From a bacterium (GTDB taxonomy: Bacteria; Hinthialibacterota; Hinthialibacteria; Hinthialibacterales; Hinthialibacteraceae), in assembly GCA_963662285.2 (NCBI GenBank), contig CAXXMV010000006.1:640001-704000 (forward strand): 64,000 bases of DNA, given 5' to 3'. This document shows, one piece after another, positions 41,299 through 53,000 of the stretch (the stretch's first letter is position 1; every line of letters begins with the position of its first letter). A program made the position numbers and the translations under genes. The notes below the pieces were generated by a model. That model saw nothing but the letters and a program-made list of their open reading frames with translations, did no database searches and was not told the origin of the DNA.

Positions 41299-43731
41299 AT
41301 GAAATCAATAGCGAAAACAAAAAAAACAAAACAACCCAAACCAAAGAAAACGCCGCGAACCCGGAAACCAGAAAATATGTCGTTGTCCGAGTGGCAAACG
41401 GCGCTACGGAAAGAGTATGGACGCGACCAAGAGTTTCAAATAAAAAATATTGGAAACGAACCCATCTTCTCTGAATTCTTAGTGACCAATCCTCAAAGTG
41501 AAAGAACGTATCGTGTAGCAATCCGGGGGAATCAACCGGGACAGAATTATTGTTCCTGCCCGGACTTCGCCGTTAACTTGCTGGGAACCTGCAAGCATAT
41601 TGAATTCACTCTATCGAAATTAGAACGGAAGCGCGGCGCTACAAAACAATTCCGCGAGGGTTTTATTCCTACCTATTCAGAAATCTATCTGCGTTATGGT
41701 AAGAAACGAGAGGTCTGCTTCATCCCAGGCAGCGATTGTCCCGAAGATTTGCGGAAATATTCTTTCAGATTCTTCAACAAAGAAGGAAAACTTCGCCCCC
41801 ACGCGTATCTGAAATTTCATACATTCTTGAAGAACGCACCTATAAACGGACACGATTTCCGATGCTATGAAGACGCCATCCAGTTCATCGCTCAACTCCG
41901 TGATGACGATCAACGGGAAAAGCGCATTGATCGTGAATACCGTCAGGGAATAACCAGCGCAAAATTCAAGTCACTACTAAAGGTCGATTTGTATCCCTAT
42001 CAGCGAAAAGGAGCACTGTTCGCCGCCAAAGCAGGACGTTGCTTGATCGGGGATGATATGGGATTAGGCAAGACAATCCAGGCCATTGCGGCAACAGAGA
42101 TTCTCGCTCAAACATCAGGCGTTGAAAAAGTGCTCGTTATTTGCCCGACGTCCTTAAAGCACCAATGGAGGCAAGAAATCGATAGATTTACGAAGAGGTC
42201 TTTTGCCGTCGTGGAAGGCTCGATAAAAAAACGCAAAGAGATATACCAAAACGATTCGTTTTACAAAATTGTCAATTATGATGTCATTCACCGCGACCGT
42301 ATTCTTATTAAAGAATGGTCGCCGGATTTGATTGTTCTGGATGAAGCGCAACGCATTAAAAATTGGAACACGCGCAGGGCGCAGAGCGTGAAACGATTGA
42401 AATCAAAATACGCTTTTGTGTTAACCGGTACGCCTTTGGAAAACCGTTTGGAAGAACTGCATTCCATCGTGGAATTTATCGACTGTTTCCGCCTGGGGCC
42501 TCTTTACAACTATTTGGCCGAACACCAGCATACCGACGAGGTTGGGAAAGTTATCGGCTACAAAAATTTATCTAAAATCTCAGAATCCCTCCAGCCGGTA
42601 TTGATACGCCGCACCAAAGGCGAAGTCTTGAAGGAGCTTCCAGAGCGCATCGATAAACATTTCTTTGTGCCTATGACAAAACAACAAAGTGAAATCCATG
42701 AGAGCAGCCAGGAAGCCGTCGCTCAAATTGTACATAAATGGAGAAGACTTGGTTTCCTTACTGATAAAGATCAACGCCGTCTTATGGCGGCGCTGCAATG
42801 TATGCGTATGTCGTGCAACAGCACTTTTCTGATTAACCAACAATCCGATCACGGTACAAAAGCCGATGAGGCGGTTCAATTGTTCGATGAGATTTTAGAA
42901 GATCCCAAGGCAAAAATCGTCGTTTTCAGTCAATGGCTTGGCACCCATCAAATCATCATCAACCGCCTCGAATCGAAACCCTGGCAATATGCATTCTTCC
43001 ACGGATCATTGACAAGTGAGGAACGTGGCAAACTCATCAATAATTTTAAGAACGACCCGGAGTGCCGGATATTCTTTTCAACCGATGTCGGCGGCGTCGG
43101 CTTAAACCTTCAAAATGCATCGGTTGTGATCAATATGGATCAACCCTGGAATCCGGCTGTGCTCGAACAACGGATAGGACGAGTCCACCGTTTGGGGCAA
43201 AAAAGATCTGTGCAAGTTTTCAACTTCGTTGCGGAAGGAACGATTGAACATGGGATGCTGGATGTTTTGAAATTCAAGAAATCCGTTTTCGCCGGAGTTC
43301 TCGATGGCGGTGAGAACGAGGTGTTTCTCGGCGGGACAAAACTCAAAAAATTCATGGATACCGTCGATCAAGTTTCACAAAATATTCCCAGTACGCCGCC
43401 TCCGCAAGAAGAGCAATTTGATGACAGTCATGATGATTTTATATCCGATGAAGACCGCCTCGAAGAAAAGGAACAGTCCGCTCAGAAACCAGTTGGCCAA
43501 GAACAAGATATTTTGACAGATCTTCTTTCGACTGGATTGGACTTCATTAATAAACTCGGACAAACATTAGAAAACTCAAACACTGACAGAGACAATAAAT
43601 TTATTGGCAAGGATGAAAAAACTGGAGAACGTTTTATAAAATTACCCATCCCGGATCAAGACACTGTTAAAAAAATATCCGAGATAGCCGAACCGTTTCT
43701 TGATATCATTCGAAACTGGTCTAGCAAGTAA
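41299..43731 (+). CDS. SWIM zinc-finger SNF2-family helicase
   Basis: CSCPDF..CKH, DDMGLGKT, LDEAQRIKN, LTGTPLEN, GLNLQ, WNPAVLEQRIGRVHRLGQ. Confidence 0.92.
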   Translation: MKSIAKTKKTKQPKPKKTPRTRKPENMSLSEWQTALRKEYGRDQEFQIKNIGNEPIFSEFLVTNPQSERTYRVAIRGNQPGQNYCSCPDFAVNLLGTCKHIEFTLSKLERKRGATKQFREGFIPTYSEIYLRYGKKREVCFIPGSDCPEDLRKYSFRFFNKEGKLRPHAYLKFHTFLKNAPINGHDFRCYEDAIQFIAQLRDDDQREKRIDREYRQGITSAKFKSLLKVDLYPYQRKGALFAAKAGRCLIGDDMGLGKTIQAIAATEILAQTSGVEKVLVICPTSLKHQWRQEIDRFTKRSFAVVEGSIKKRKEIYQNDSFYKIVNYDVIHRDRILIKEWSPDLIVLDEAQRIKNWNTRRAQSVKRLKSKYAFVLTGTPLENRLEELHSIVEFIDCFRLGPLYNYLAEHQHTDEVGKVIGYKNLSKISESLQPVLIRRTKGEVLKELPERIDKHFFVPMTKQQSEIHESSQEAVAQIVHKWRRLGFLTDKDQRRLMAALQCMRMSCNSTFLINQQSDHGTKADEAVQLFDEILEDPKAKIVVFSQWLGTHQIIINRLESKPWQYAFFHGSLTSEERGKLINNFKNDPECRIFFSTDVGGVGLNLQNASVVINMDQPWNPAVLEQRIGRVHRLGQKRSVQVFNFVAEGTIEHGMLDVLKFKKSVFAGVLDGGENEVFLGGTKLKKFMDTVDQVSQNIPSTPPPQEEQFDDSHDDFISDEDRLEEKEQSAQKPVGQEQDILTDLLSTGLDFINKLGQTLENSNTDRDNKFIGKDEKTGERFIKLPIPDQDTVKKISEIAEPFLDIIRNWSSK

Positions 43732-43781
43732 TTGATCTTAGATTAAATCAATCTCCTCATGGTATACCTCTTTTGCACAGG

Positions 43782-44120
43782 TCAGCCATTTGAAGTGATG
43801 ACAGGAGGGAATGGGGGTATTTTTTCTGTTCGAATATAATCACAGAGAGCAGACACGAGTGTACTGATAGGATTGTATCCTCGTCTTTTGAGTGTGCGAA
43901 AGATGGTCATAAGAACTGATTGAGTCAACGTGAAATGTAAGTGGAAATTGAGGGTGTCCAGAATTTGTGAAATCGTCATTCCCAAAGCGTAATGCCAATA
44001 GGCCGTCAGGCACAGCAATCGATTGCCGATAGCCGCCCTTGGCAAGGCGGTCTCGATTTTGGGTTCAACGTGATTCCGGCAGTGAGGACAATAATCCCGA
44101 TGAATGATATGTTCCGTCAC
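43782..44120 (-). pseudogene. Internally deleted IS66 transposase remnant
   Basis: HRDYCPHC..VEP..ALP..IG (zf-IS66 region) joined directly to C-terminal QSVLMTIFRTLKRRGYNP. Confidence 0.75.
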
Positions 44121-44421
44121 TTCGGGAAAGTGGATGTCCCTAGACAGATGTTGAAATATATCATGGATTCATCTCATACTGTTTTAATTGTTTAACAGTA
44201 GCAATAATCGATTTTTCTGAAATCACTCAAATATCGGTAAATATTTCCTCATCAAAAAACAGGTATTCCTGGTCAATTGAACCCGATTGTAAGGATGGTC
44301 TCATGATTCCAAATGTTATCATTTCAGATAATATTGTCAATAGAATTTTCCATCTATACAACCAGTACTCCACTAAAGCACTCTATTAAAATACTTCTTA
44401 GAAAGTTATCATAAAACCACT

Positions 44422-45087
44422 ATGCGTATATATCAGCGGCTCATCATAATACTAATAGGTTTATCTTTCATGTTCTTTTTTAAGTCCCATAATCCCCAGG
44501 AGAAAAAGCCTATTAATATTGATATTCCAAGCAAAACTATCTCTTTTGAAGGAGTTATTTATCCTGATAGGTATAATTCGCGCAAAGACCGGGCTAATGG
44601 TCACCATTTGATTGTATGGTCTGGTGGAGGAAATGCGCGTAAGGCTCTTATAAATACAGAACATCCTGATATAACAATACTTAACGCCCTCACAACAATT
44701 GGCGCCATACCAGGAAATAACCTCACTCCGGAGACATGGACTGATCGGAATGATCCGAATTCCTCTGAACCGGATAAGCGCGTCGAAGGCGATAAAATAT
44801 CCATAACAATCGTTTGGGATGGCGCCTCGCACAATCTTGAAGAATTTCTATTAGATAGCAGCGCAGATGATTTGGAGATACGCTTTGGGGGGCATGCAGA
44901 ATTGATTCCAGTATGGAAATCAGGCTGCATCACCTGTCTTTTCTCCTGTCCGGGAGGTAGAACCAGCAACGCATCATACTCAATCCGCGACCAACATCTC
45001 AATCACAAAACATTCATGGCTGATCAATCAAAACTCCCACCTGATGGAACCCCAGTCTGGATTTATATGAAAATTGCATGCGACTGA
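44422..45087 (+). CDS. YdjY-like exported protein
   Basis: N-terminal hydrophobic helix; IGAIPGNN, VEGD, IRFGG, GCITCLFSCP..TSNA. Confidence 0.65.
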   Translation: MRIYQRLIIILIGLSFMFFFKSHNPQEKKPINIDIPSKTISFEGVIYPDRYNSRKDRANGHHLIVWSGGGNARKALINTEHPDITILNALTTIGAIPGNNLTPETWTDRNDPNSSEPDKRVEGDKISITIVWDGASHNLEEFLLDSSADDLEIRFGGHAELIPVWKSGCITCLFSCPGGRTSNASYSIRDQHLNHKTFMADQSKLPPDGTPVWIYMKIACD

Positions 45088-45186
45088 TAATATTATAGGA
45101 TAATATTTATATAACTTCGAAAAATGTGATAAAATATACTATACTATTAAGAGTTTGGTATCCAATACATTCTGAATAGGATAATA

Positions 45187-46044
45187 ATGATGTTTAAATC
45201 GCTGCTGCTAGCCGTAGACGCATCACATTACAGTGAAGTTTGCACCCGATATGCGATGGAACACGCCAAACTGCTAGGCGCAAAAATCACCGGTTTGAGC
45301 GTAATTGACCGTAAGGAAATTGCGATCATTTACCCCTATTATTATCCAAGCGCCGATTTCCCACCAGTTTTTGACGAATCTATTCAGGAAAATAATGAAT
45401 TGTTTCAAGAACAAAAGGAACGGGCTGAAGAAATTCTCAGTAAAGTCGAATCAAAGTGCCTGCAGATGGATATTCCCTTTTCCAGGGAAATCCGCGAGGG
45501 TCTGGTTTCAGAAGTGATCCTGGATGAAGCGCAATCATGCGACATGCTGTTCGCTGGCCAGAGGGGGTCGGGAGCGCAATTCAGCACAGGTTTTATAGGT
45601 TCTAATCTGGAAAAAGTTATAAGGCACTCAAGCATGCCAGTTATAATAACTCCACATTCATATAGAACACTGCAAAAAATATTGGTCTGTTTTGACGGAA
45701 GCGAATATGCTTTAAGAGCGCTTCGCGCCGCCGTGCATCTTGCCGTTTCGTGTCCCAAAGGAAGCATTACTTTTAAGCTATTAGTAGTCAATAACAGCGA
45801 AGAAGAAGCACAGATAATTGCCCAAGCCGCCCTTAAATATTTAGACGCCTATCAAATGCACGATATCTTTATTCATCGCACAGGTGATACAGTCAAACAA
45901 ATAATTTCTTGCGTCAAGGAAGAAGATATTGATTTAGTCGCCATTGGCGCCTATGGACAGAGTCGCATCCGTGAATGGGTTTTGGGCAGCACAACAGAAT
46001 CTATTCTTCGTGAGATCAACCGCGCAATTCTGCTGCATCATTAG
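45187..46044 (+). CDS. Tandem universal stress protein
   Basis: LLAVDAS, GQRG..IGSNLE, ILVCFDGS, GAYGQSRIREWVLGSTT. Confidence 0.92.
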   Translation: MMFKSLLLAVDASHYSEVCTRYAMEHAKLLGAKITGLSVIDRKEIAIIYPYYYPSADFPPVFDESIQENNELFQEQKERAEEILSKVESKCLQMDIPFSREIREGLVSEVILDEAQSCDMLFAGQRGSGAQFSTGFIGSNLEKVIRHSSMPVIITPHSYRTLQKILVCFDGSEYALRALRAAVHLAVSCPKGSITFKLLVVNNSEEEAQIIAQAALKYLDAYQMHDIFIHRTGDTVKQIISCVKEEDIDLVAIGAYGQSRIREWVLGSTTESILREINRAILLHH

Positions 46045-46298
46045 AGAGGTTTAATAATTACGTTCCTTATTCGCGTTTCCCAAAACCCCAGTTCTAAAAA
46101 TAAGACTATAACTAGTCTCACCTATAGTTCGGAATATGGATATCACATAAAGCCATGCGAATATCTTACTATTTATTTACAAATATATTATTTATTGCTA
46201 TTATTCATTATATGAATAATCTAGTTAATTAATTACTATATATCTTAACAAGTTAATTATAAAAATTAATAAATTAATAAAACGTAAGGAACAATCAA

Positions 46299-47403
46299 TT
46301 GCCTCCTGTTGCAAAACGCGAAGAACGCTGCCGTACAAATGAACCATGTTTGTGGTGTTCAGCTAATTCGATGAATGTGGAAACCGGTAAAATTGTAAAT
46401 GAAAGCGCCAGCGGCGTTTTACTGGAGACGCAAACAACATTAAAACTGGAAGACCGCATCTGGCTTTTATCGTTTCCCGGAGATGATCCAACCGATCAAG
46501 AATTAACGATCGAAGATATTCAATCTCATCCTTTAAGCCGACTTGGAGTAGTTGTCCGGATTGACAGACAGAGTCAAGTGGGCATTCATTTCGACCAGGA
46601 TGTTAAAGAACATCCTCAATATCAAAGATGGTACCGGGGTGAGAGTTCAATACTGACTCTCTTCGATGGCAAAAAGGCAATTTTCACTTTTTCAGGTCCA
46701 TTGCAAATCGAGACGGCTTCTCTGTTAGGATAGAATTCTTAAACGACTTAATTACCCGTTTAATGATATTATCATCTCATTTCATAATGTCTTTCAGATC
46801 AATAAAACCGCTTTGACAGTATTTCGTTCTGCGCTTCGCCGATACGATACGAACGGCGTTACATTAACCATCATAACAAGCAATGAAGAGTCGCGAATTA
46901 TTGAAAAAGGTTTGGGATTAAAGAACGGTTTCATCGTTAACATTGGTGATTACATAGAACTGGCGGATTCTGGAGATTTGGAAGAGATTGAAATTGGTGA
47001 AATAGAATCGATACAACCTGCTCAGGAAACAGAATTTGAGAAGGATACTACTGATTACCCATGGAGTTTCCGGATTACACCGCCTGACCAAACCATTGGA
47101 GCGCCTGGACATTGAAACATTGCAAACTCAAAATTTCAGAGAGGCTGCGGAATTGATCGCATACAATCCGATCAGACTGGTTGTAATAGATTTTGATATT
47201 GAACATTGTTCGTCATTAATAGAAATCAACATGATCCGAAATTGAATCCAAAAAAAATTCCCCCGGCTTTGATAATTGGTCCACAGCATTTAGGTGAATT
47301 AGTAAAAGCGGCGTTGGCTTTGCCAGTAAAAATTTATATTACCAAGCCATCCACTGATAGAGAATATACTCAAGCCCTGCAAAGTATATTAAACCAAGCT
47401 TAA
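46299..47403 (+). pseudogene. PilZ-like + STAS-like + receiver-like protein split by three frameshifts
   Basis: KREER..NESASG..VVR..VGIHF; FSGPL..ISFHNVFQIN; RILLI..VVID..ITKP; shifts near 46728, 47040, 47240. Confidence 0.55.
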
Positions 47404-47513
47404 AATAGAATAGTTAACATAACAACGTTCTTATTCGCGTAATAAACAAGCATTTTTTTGAGAACCGCACTAGTAGTATGACAGTTTCTTTTGTCAGGTA
47501 GGGTTCTGTGATT

Positions 47514-47570
47514 CCCCCTCACCCTAGCCCTCTCCCGGAGGGAGAGGGGACTTTGTTAGCCCAACATTAT
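47514..47570 (-). repeat. Repeat family B, intact copy
   Basis: Reverse complement ATAATGTTGGGCTAACAAAGTCCCCTCTCCCTCCGGGAGAGGGCTAGGGTGAGGGGG. Confidence 0.8.
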
Positions 47571-47595
47571 GAGTTGGTCATAGTACTAGCAACAT

Positions 47596-48026
47596 ATGAA
47601 AATTTGAAGAAAAATGATAGAGACGACAACGACGGAAAGCGGAGAGTATCTGTTCTCCATGTAAGCGGCGAACCGGAAAGTGACGATTATCGAACACTGG
47701 TGCAGGAGTGGCTAAAATCGCCAGCGAAACGCCGCATCATATCGCTGTAGACTTGGGGAGTTTAATAACATTCCAATTTTTTACTATACCTCTCATACAA
47801 TTAGTAATGCCTCCAGGTCGCTCGGTAAAAGTTACTAATCGTCAATATTGAATCAAATTTTAAATTCATTCTTAAAGTCGCCAAAATCGATCACTTATTT
47901 GAGATTCACAATTCCATAGATTCCTTGAAAGAAGATTTTCCTGCCCGGAATAAAGAAGCAATAGATAACTATGGTGAATTGCCGGTAATTTTCCGACGTA
48001 TTGCAGAAAGAAAACGCCAAACATGA
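47596..48026 (+). pseudogene. STAS (anti-sigma antagonist-like) gene with several frameshifts
   Basis: Fragments VSVLHVSGE, IAVDLG and KLLIVNIESNFKFILKVAKIDHLFEIHNS in different frames. Confidence 0.5.
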
Positions 48027-48723
48027 ATAGCCCGAAACTAATATTATCTTTTCAGAAAAATCTGATACCGGATTTGAACAATGGTTTGATACTGCGTTGG
48101 CATCATTAGAAGAGATTCGCAAAACAGAAGCGAACTCCTTCATTGAACTACCCATTGAGAGACATGGACGGAACGGGATATTTTCTGACAATCCTCCCAT
48201 AGATGACCTGGATGTAGTATTACAACGGCTTATAAAATCAGATTCACCTCTGGGTTCCGTCCTCATTCCTGTCAGTATGGATCAACCAGAGGAGAATATA
48301 GGAATAGAAATTTCCGCAATTGATGGGTGGGCCGATCTGGCTTCTTATGCAGGCATTGAATTGGCGCGGTTCACTATTATCTCTCTGGATACATTGGATA
48401 AAGAGTATGTTCAGGAAGCTCTATCAGTCACAATCGGATATATGAATGAACAAGAGATTACTGTTACGCTCTCTTCATCAGGTGATGACAGCATATTGTC
48501 AAGCATTGTTGAACAACAGAGAAAGATACCTGATCGCAAATGCGGCTTGAATAGAACCATAGGTTTACAGGATGTGGATTCGTTCAATTCCCTGCCTATC
48601 ACTGAAACTGTATCGATCCGTCTGCCCGGATCATTTTCCGCTCAAACTGTGCTGGATAATTTCAGCAAAATTCGTGCTATCCTGAAAAATCCTGTTCATG
48701 CAATTGTGTATGAAATTGAATAG
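48023..48723 (+). CDS. Hypothetical protein (possible TIM-barrel-like), frameshift in the A5 run at ~48056
   Basis: ATG overlaps the upstream stop; one extra A joins it to the 48097-48723 ORF. Confidence 0.5.
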
Positions 48724-48732
48724 GCAACTCAA

Positions 48733-48765
48733 TCAAGGGCAGAAAATACACTGCCCTTGGCACCC
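48733..48765 (-). repeat. Palindromic repeat family A
   Basis: TCAAGGGCAGAAAATACACTGCCCTTGGCACCC. Confidence 0.75.
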
Positions 48766-48838
48766 GCCTTGATTATACAACATGCGATTTTATATGAGCG
48801 TCTCTGGGATTACTCAATTACCTTTATTGTGTTTTATA

Positions 48839-49981
48839 TCAAGTAGAGACTGCCTGGAGTATTACTTGCAACGCGTTTTCGATGCGGTGCGGGTAGGTGT
48901 GATCTCTCAAAACTCTGGCGCGTCCTTGCTTGATAATCTGACGGCGCTCGTTGGGGAATTCTAAATAATAGGCAATCTTGTTTCTCAAATCCTCTATAGA
49001 ACTCAAAAAATAGCCTCCTTACCCGGATCGAAGAACCGTCCCGCAGCAGGAACCCAGTCGGATAGCAGAAAACCATCCGCCACTGGTGCATTGAAATCAC
49101 GCTGATTTAAGCTACCCCGGCATTGTATGCTATGAATATTCAAGTTGACCTTGGAAGAGGCAAACACTGAAGGCAGTTCATTAATGGGATCAACCGGACC
49201 ATAAAAACGCTCCAGTAGTGGGGAACCTTGCAGCAGAAATTGCCCAATCCTGATTACCGTAAATCCGTAAATCAAAATCCTGCAACGCTTCCAATACTTG
49301 AATCCGACGGCGATTATTGGCTTCCCAATAAAGGTAATGGGCGACGGTCGCATTGATGTTAATCTGTTTGCCCGGTTCGATAGGATTCTCTTCAGCGATT
49401 TGAAAGAAATTTTTGTCACGATTTTCCAATTGCAAATCAACTAACCGGTCGATATAAGACTGCATTTGCGTCGGTAATTGCGCTCTACGTTTGGATTGAT
49501 CAATCACTCCACCGACGAAAGATACATCACAAGCAAAACGTGCATCAAACGATCCTGCTGAATTTATATCACAGGCTAAAGGCAGGCAACCGCAGGCATG
49601 AGGATTATGCTTTGTGATAAAATCCAGATAGGTATCATCAAAACTGAAAACAAATTCATTCGCTTCAAAAGGCCGGTCAATATAAAAATGGGGATCATCC
49701 AGATACCAGACCCATTTTTTCGCGTCATGAGGACATTGGTTATCGGGGATTTCAAGATATTCGTATAATTGTGAAGCGGATTGATTAATCAATAGTATCC
49801 AATCAGGCTTATTTTCCAACAGGTGGCGGCGTAGTAGTGGTTTAGATGCCGGCTCCAATAGCGGAGCGCTGGCCATCCAGGTTTGCCAGCCATGAGTTTG
49901 CAGTTGCTGGAAGACGCGTCTTTTGAAAAGCCCGAATCCCCGGTCTTCACCATCGGAATATGTCCAAATTGATTTCGCCAT
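48839..49981 (-). CDS. CgeB-like glycosyltransferase, two frameshifts (~49240, ~49005)
   Basis: WYLDDP, LPLACD, DVSFVG, IYG..W, SSKVNLNIH, LNQRDF, then EDLRNKIAYYL..RVLRDHTYPHR in a third frame. Confidence 0.75.
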
Positions 49982-50096
49982 GTCGCACTTTCTGATATTT
50001 ATTCGATTCTGACTTGGTTATCAGCCGGGATTTGTTATACTTAAATTCTGAATTACTTTAATGAATGACGCCAAACATTAAACCTAGGGGCAATCT

Positions 50097-53000
50097 GTGA
50101 CCAAGTATATTCTCTCTACTATCCGTTTTTTATCCTCTACTAAACTAGCTGTTGTTCTTCTTGTCGGTTTAACCATTATATTAAGCATCGCTACTTTTTA
50201 TGAATCAAGCACCAGCGCATCCGACGCCCAACGCTTATTCTATAAATCTTTCTGGTTTAATATCCTTTTATTTCTACTCGGATTAAACGTATTATGCTCT
50301 GCTTTAATCCGTTGGCCATGGAAGAAACAGCAGATTGGATTTGTTATAACCCATTTAGGGATTATTCTAATTCTAATCGGTGCAGTGATTACCAGCACTA
50401 CCGGCATCGAAGGCCAACTAGCGCTGATTGAAGGCCAAACTGGCGATTCGATAACCATTCCTGAATCCGTTTTTACTGTAAAAGCGCCACGTTTGAAAGT
50501 CCAACAGGATTTTGATCCCTGGTTTTTAGAGTCACCTATTCCCGACGGGAAAGAGATTTTATTTAACGTCGATCAAACTGCTATCAACTGTTACATCACC
50601 AGATTACTGTTTAATCCAAGAGTAATCGAGCATGTCACCGAAAATGGCCATGTCGATAATCCGGCCGTTCAAATCAAGTTTCACCATTCAGGACAATCAA
50701 TGTCAGAGGCGCATGAGTGGCTATTGGCCAATTCAGCGCAACGCAACCAGTTGAATTTAGGAGCGGGTTCTATAGTATTCAAACGCATCCAATCTCAAGC
50801 AGAGATGCAATCCATACTTGATTCAACCAAGGCGCCGACCAACCAGTTTACCATTCTGCTCAATGAATCCAATCAACTATCTTACATATCATTCGATTCA
50901 TCGGGTAATGCCAAAAACAATCAAATAACTCTTGAAAAGATTATTGAAACGCCCTGGCCATCACTTAAAATTTCAGTGGAGAAGTTATATCCCAAAGCGC
51001 AAATAAGTCAGGAACTGATAGACGCCGATGATCAGATGGGGGGTGGGCATCCTCTTCCTTTAGCGCAAGCCCGAATTGAATACCAAGGACAATCGCAACA
51101 ACTGAACATTTTCTATAACAGGCCAGAGACAATTACTATCGCCGGTGAAACAGTAGAAATTGAGTTTGGCCAAAAACAGGTTCCACTAGGTTTTTCTATT
51201 CAGCTGATTGACTTCCAAGCGCCCCGGTATCCGGGAACCAACCGCCCTTCGCGTTTTCAAAGCCAGGTCAAGCTGATAGATAAATCTCAAGGAATTAATG
51301 AAGAACGTTTGATATATATGAATAATCCTTTGGCATACAATGGCTTTCTGGTATATCAATCCAGTTATGAGGAAGGTGTTAATGGCAGGCCGGATACTTC
51401 TATATTCAGCGTAGCGCTGGCGCCGGGAACGCCATTGGTTTACCTGGGTTCCTTTGTACTATGCTGCGGAATGGCTTTTATGTTCTTTAGAAAAATGAAG
51501 AGAAAACAAGAAAATATATTAACCAACCAAGGGCAAGGAGTAGGCTCTATCGTGAGACGCAGTCTTCTGCTCTTAGGATTGATGGCAATTATCATTCCTA
51601 CGGTTCAAGCAGTTGAAGTTCCCAAGAACCTTAATTACGACATTGTCCGCAGCATCCCCATTCTCGAAGGCGGACGCTATAAACCGCTCGGTACATTCGC
51701 TGGCGAATCGATGCAGGAGATCACCGGACGTTGGAAATTCAATAAGACTGATCCCATGGCGTATCTATGCGCCATGATGATTTCGCAGGAATGGTATAAC
51801 GAACCACTTATCAAGATTAATTATCATGCGCTCAAAGAGATGTTGGGCTACAAACCTGAGCGAACCCATTTCTCATATAAAGAGTTGGTATCCAATCAGC
51901 AATTCATGGATTTGGTCGAACGGATTCGGCAGCGCATGATGATGCATACTGAACTGACCCGTTTGGAAACTGAACTGACCATAGTTTATAACAAACTGGA
52001 ACTGTTTGATCAGATTCAAACCGGCGAAGCCTTAACAATCGTACCAGCGACAGGCGATGATGAAGAAAAGCCCTGGCTGCCAATTATTAAACCGTCGGAT
52101 TACCCGCAAGAGACGCAGCAGGAATTACATACAGTTTTTGTACATCTACTGGATGCCGCCAAAGCTGATGACGCGGCCATGTTCAATAAGTATGGATTAG
52201 AATTAAAGAATATCCTGGCTGGATTGAACAACGAACTTTACCCTCCAATCATAGATATAGAGCGTGAAGTGGTTTATAACAGTTCCCGGCCTTTTCTTAA
52301 ATCATGGATTTTTTATCTGCTCTCATTTCTAATGTTCCTGGCGTCGTTTTATTTTATGAAATCCAGGCCGCTTTATTGGGGCGCTATGGCCGTCTGCCTG
52401 ATCGGCTTCAGTTATAACACCTGGGGACTGATATTCCGGGGTATGATTGCGCACCGGGCGCCGGTCTCTAATATGTATGAATCGGTGATATTCGTCGGTT
52501 GGGGGATATTGCTGTTCGCTTTGATCTATGAATTGATATACCGCGCCAGATGGTTCGGCGCCCCGGCGTCGTTGCTGGGAGTATGCACCTTGATCCTGGC
52601 CGATATCCTGCCCTTTGATCCTAATATCGAACCACTGCAACCAGTGCTGCGCAGCAACTACTGGCTGATAACCCATGTTCTGACTATCACCCTGAGTTAC
52701 AGCGCCTTCTTGCTGGCTATGGGATTAGCGCACATAAATCTCGCCGTCTATTTCTACATTCCCAACCGTAAGGATTTACTCAATAATTTGAGTTTGTTCC
52801 TATACCGCATCCTGCAAGCGGGAGTAATTCTACTCGCCGCAGGGACGCTGCTGGGCGGGGTATGGGCGGCTGAATCCTGGGGGCGCTTTTGGGGTTGGGA
52901 CCCTAAAGAGACCTGGGCATTGATATCACTATTAGGATATATGGCAATCCTGCACGCCCGCTTTACTGACTGGATCGCGGATTATGGAACCGCGGTTTGC

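Noticed and set aside
47508-47750. 80-aa ORF starting MIPPHPSPLPEGEG
   Set aside because: The N-terminus is just the translated family B repeat running into a STAS fragment
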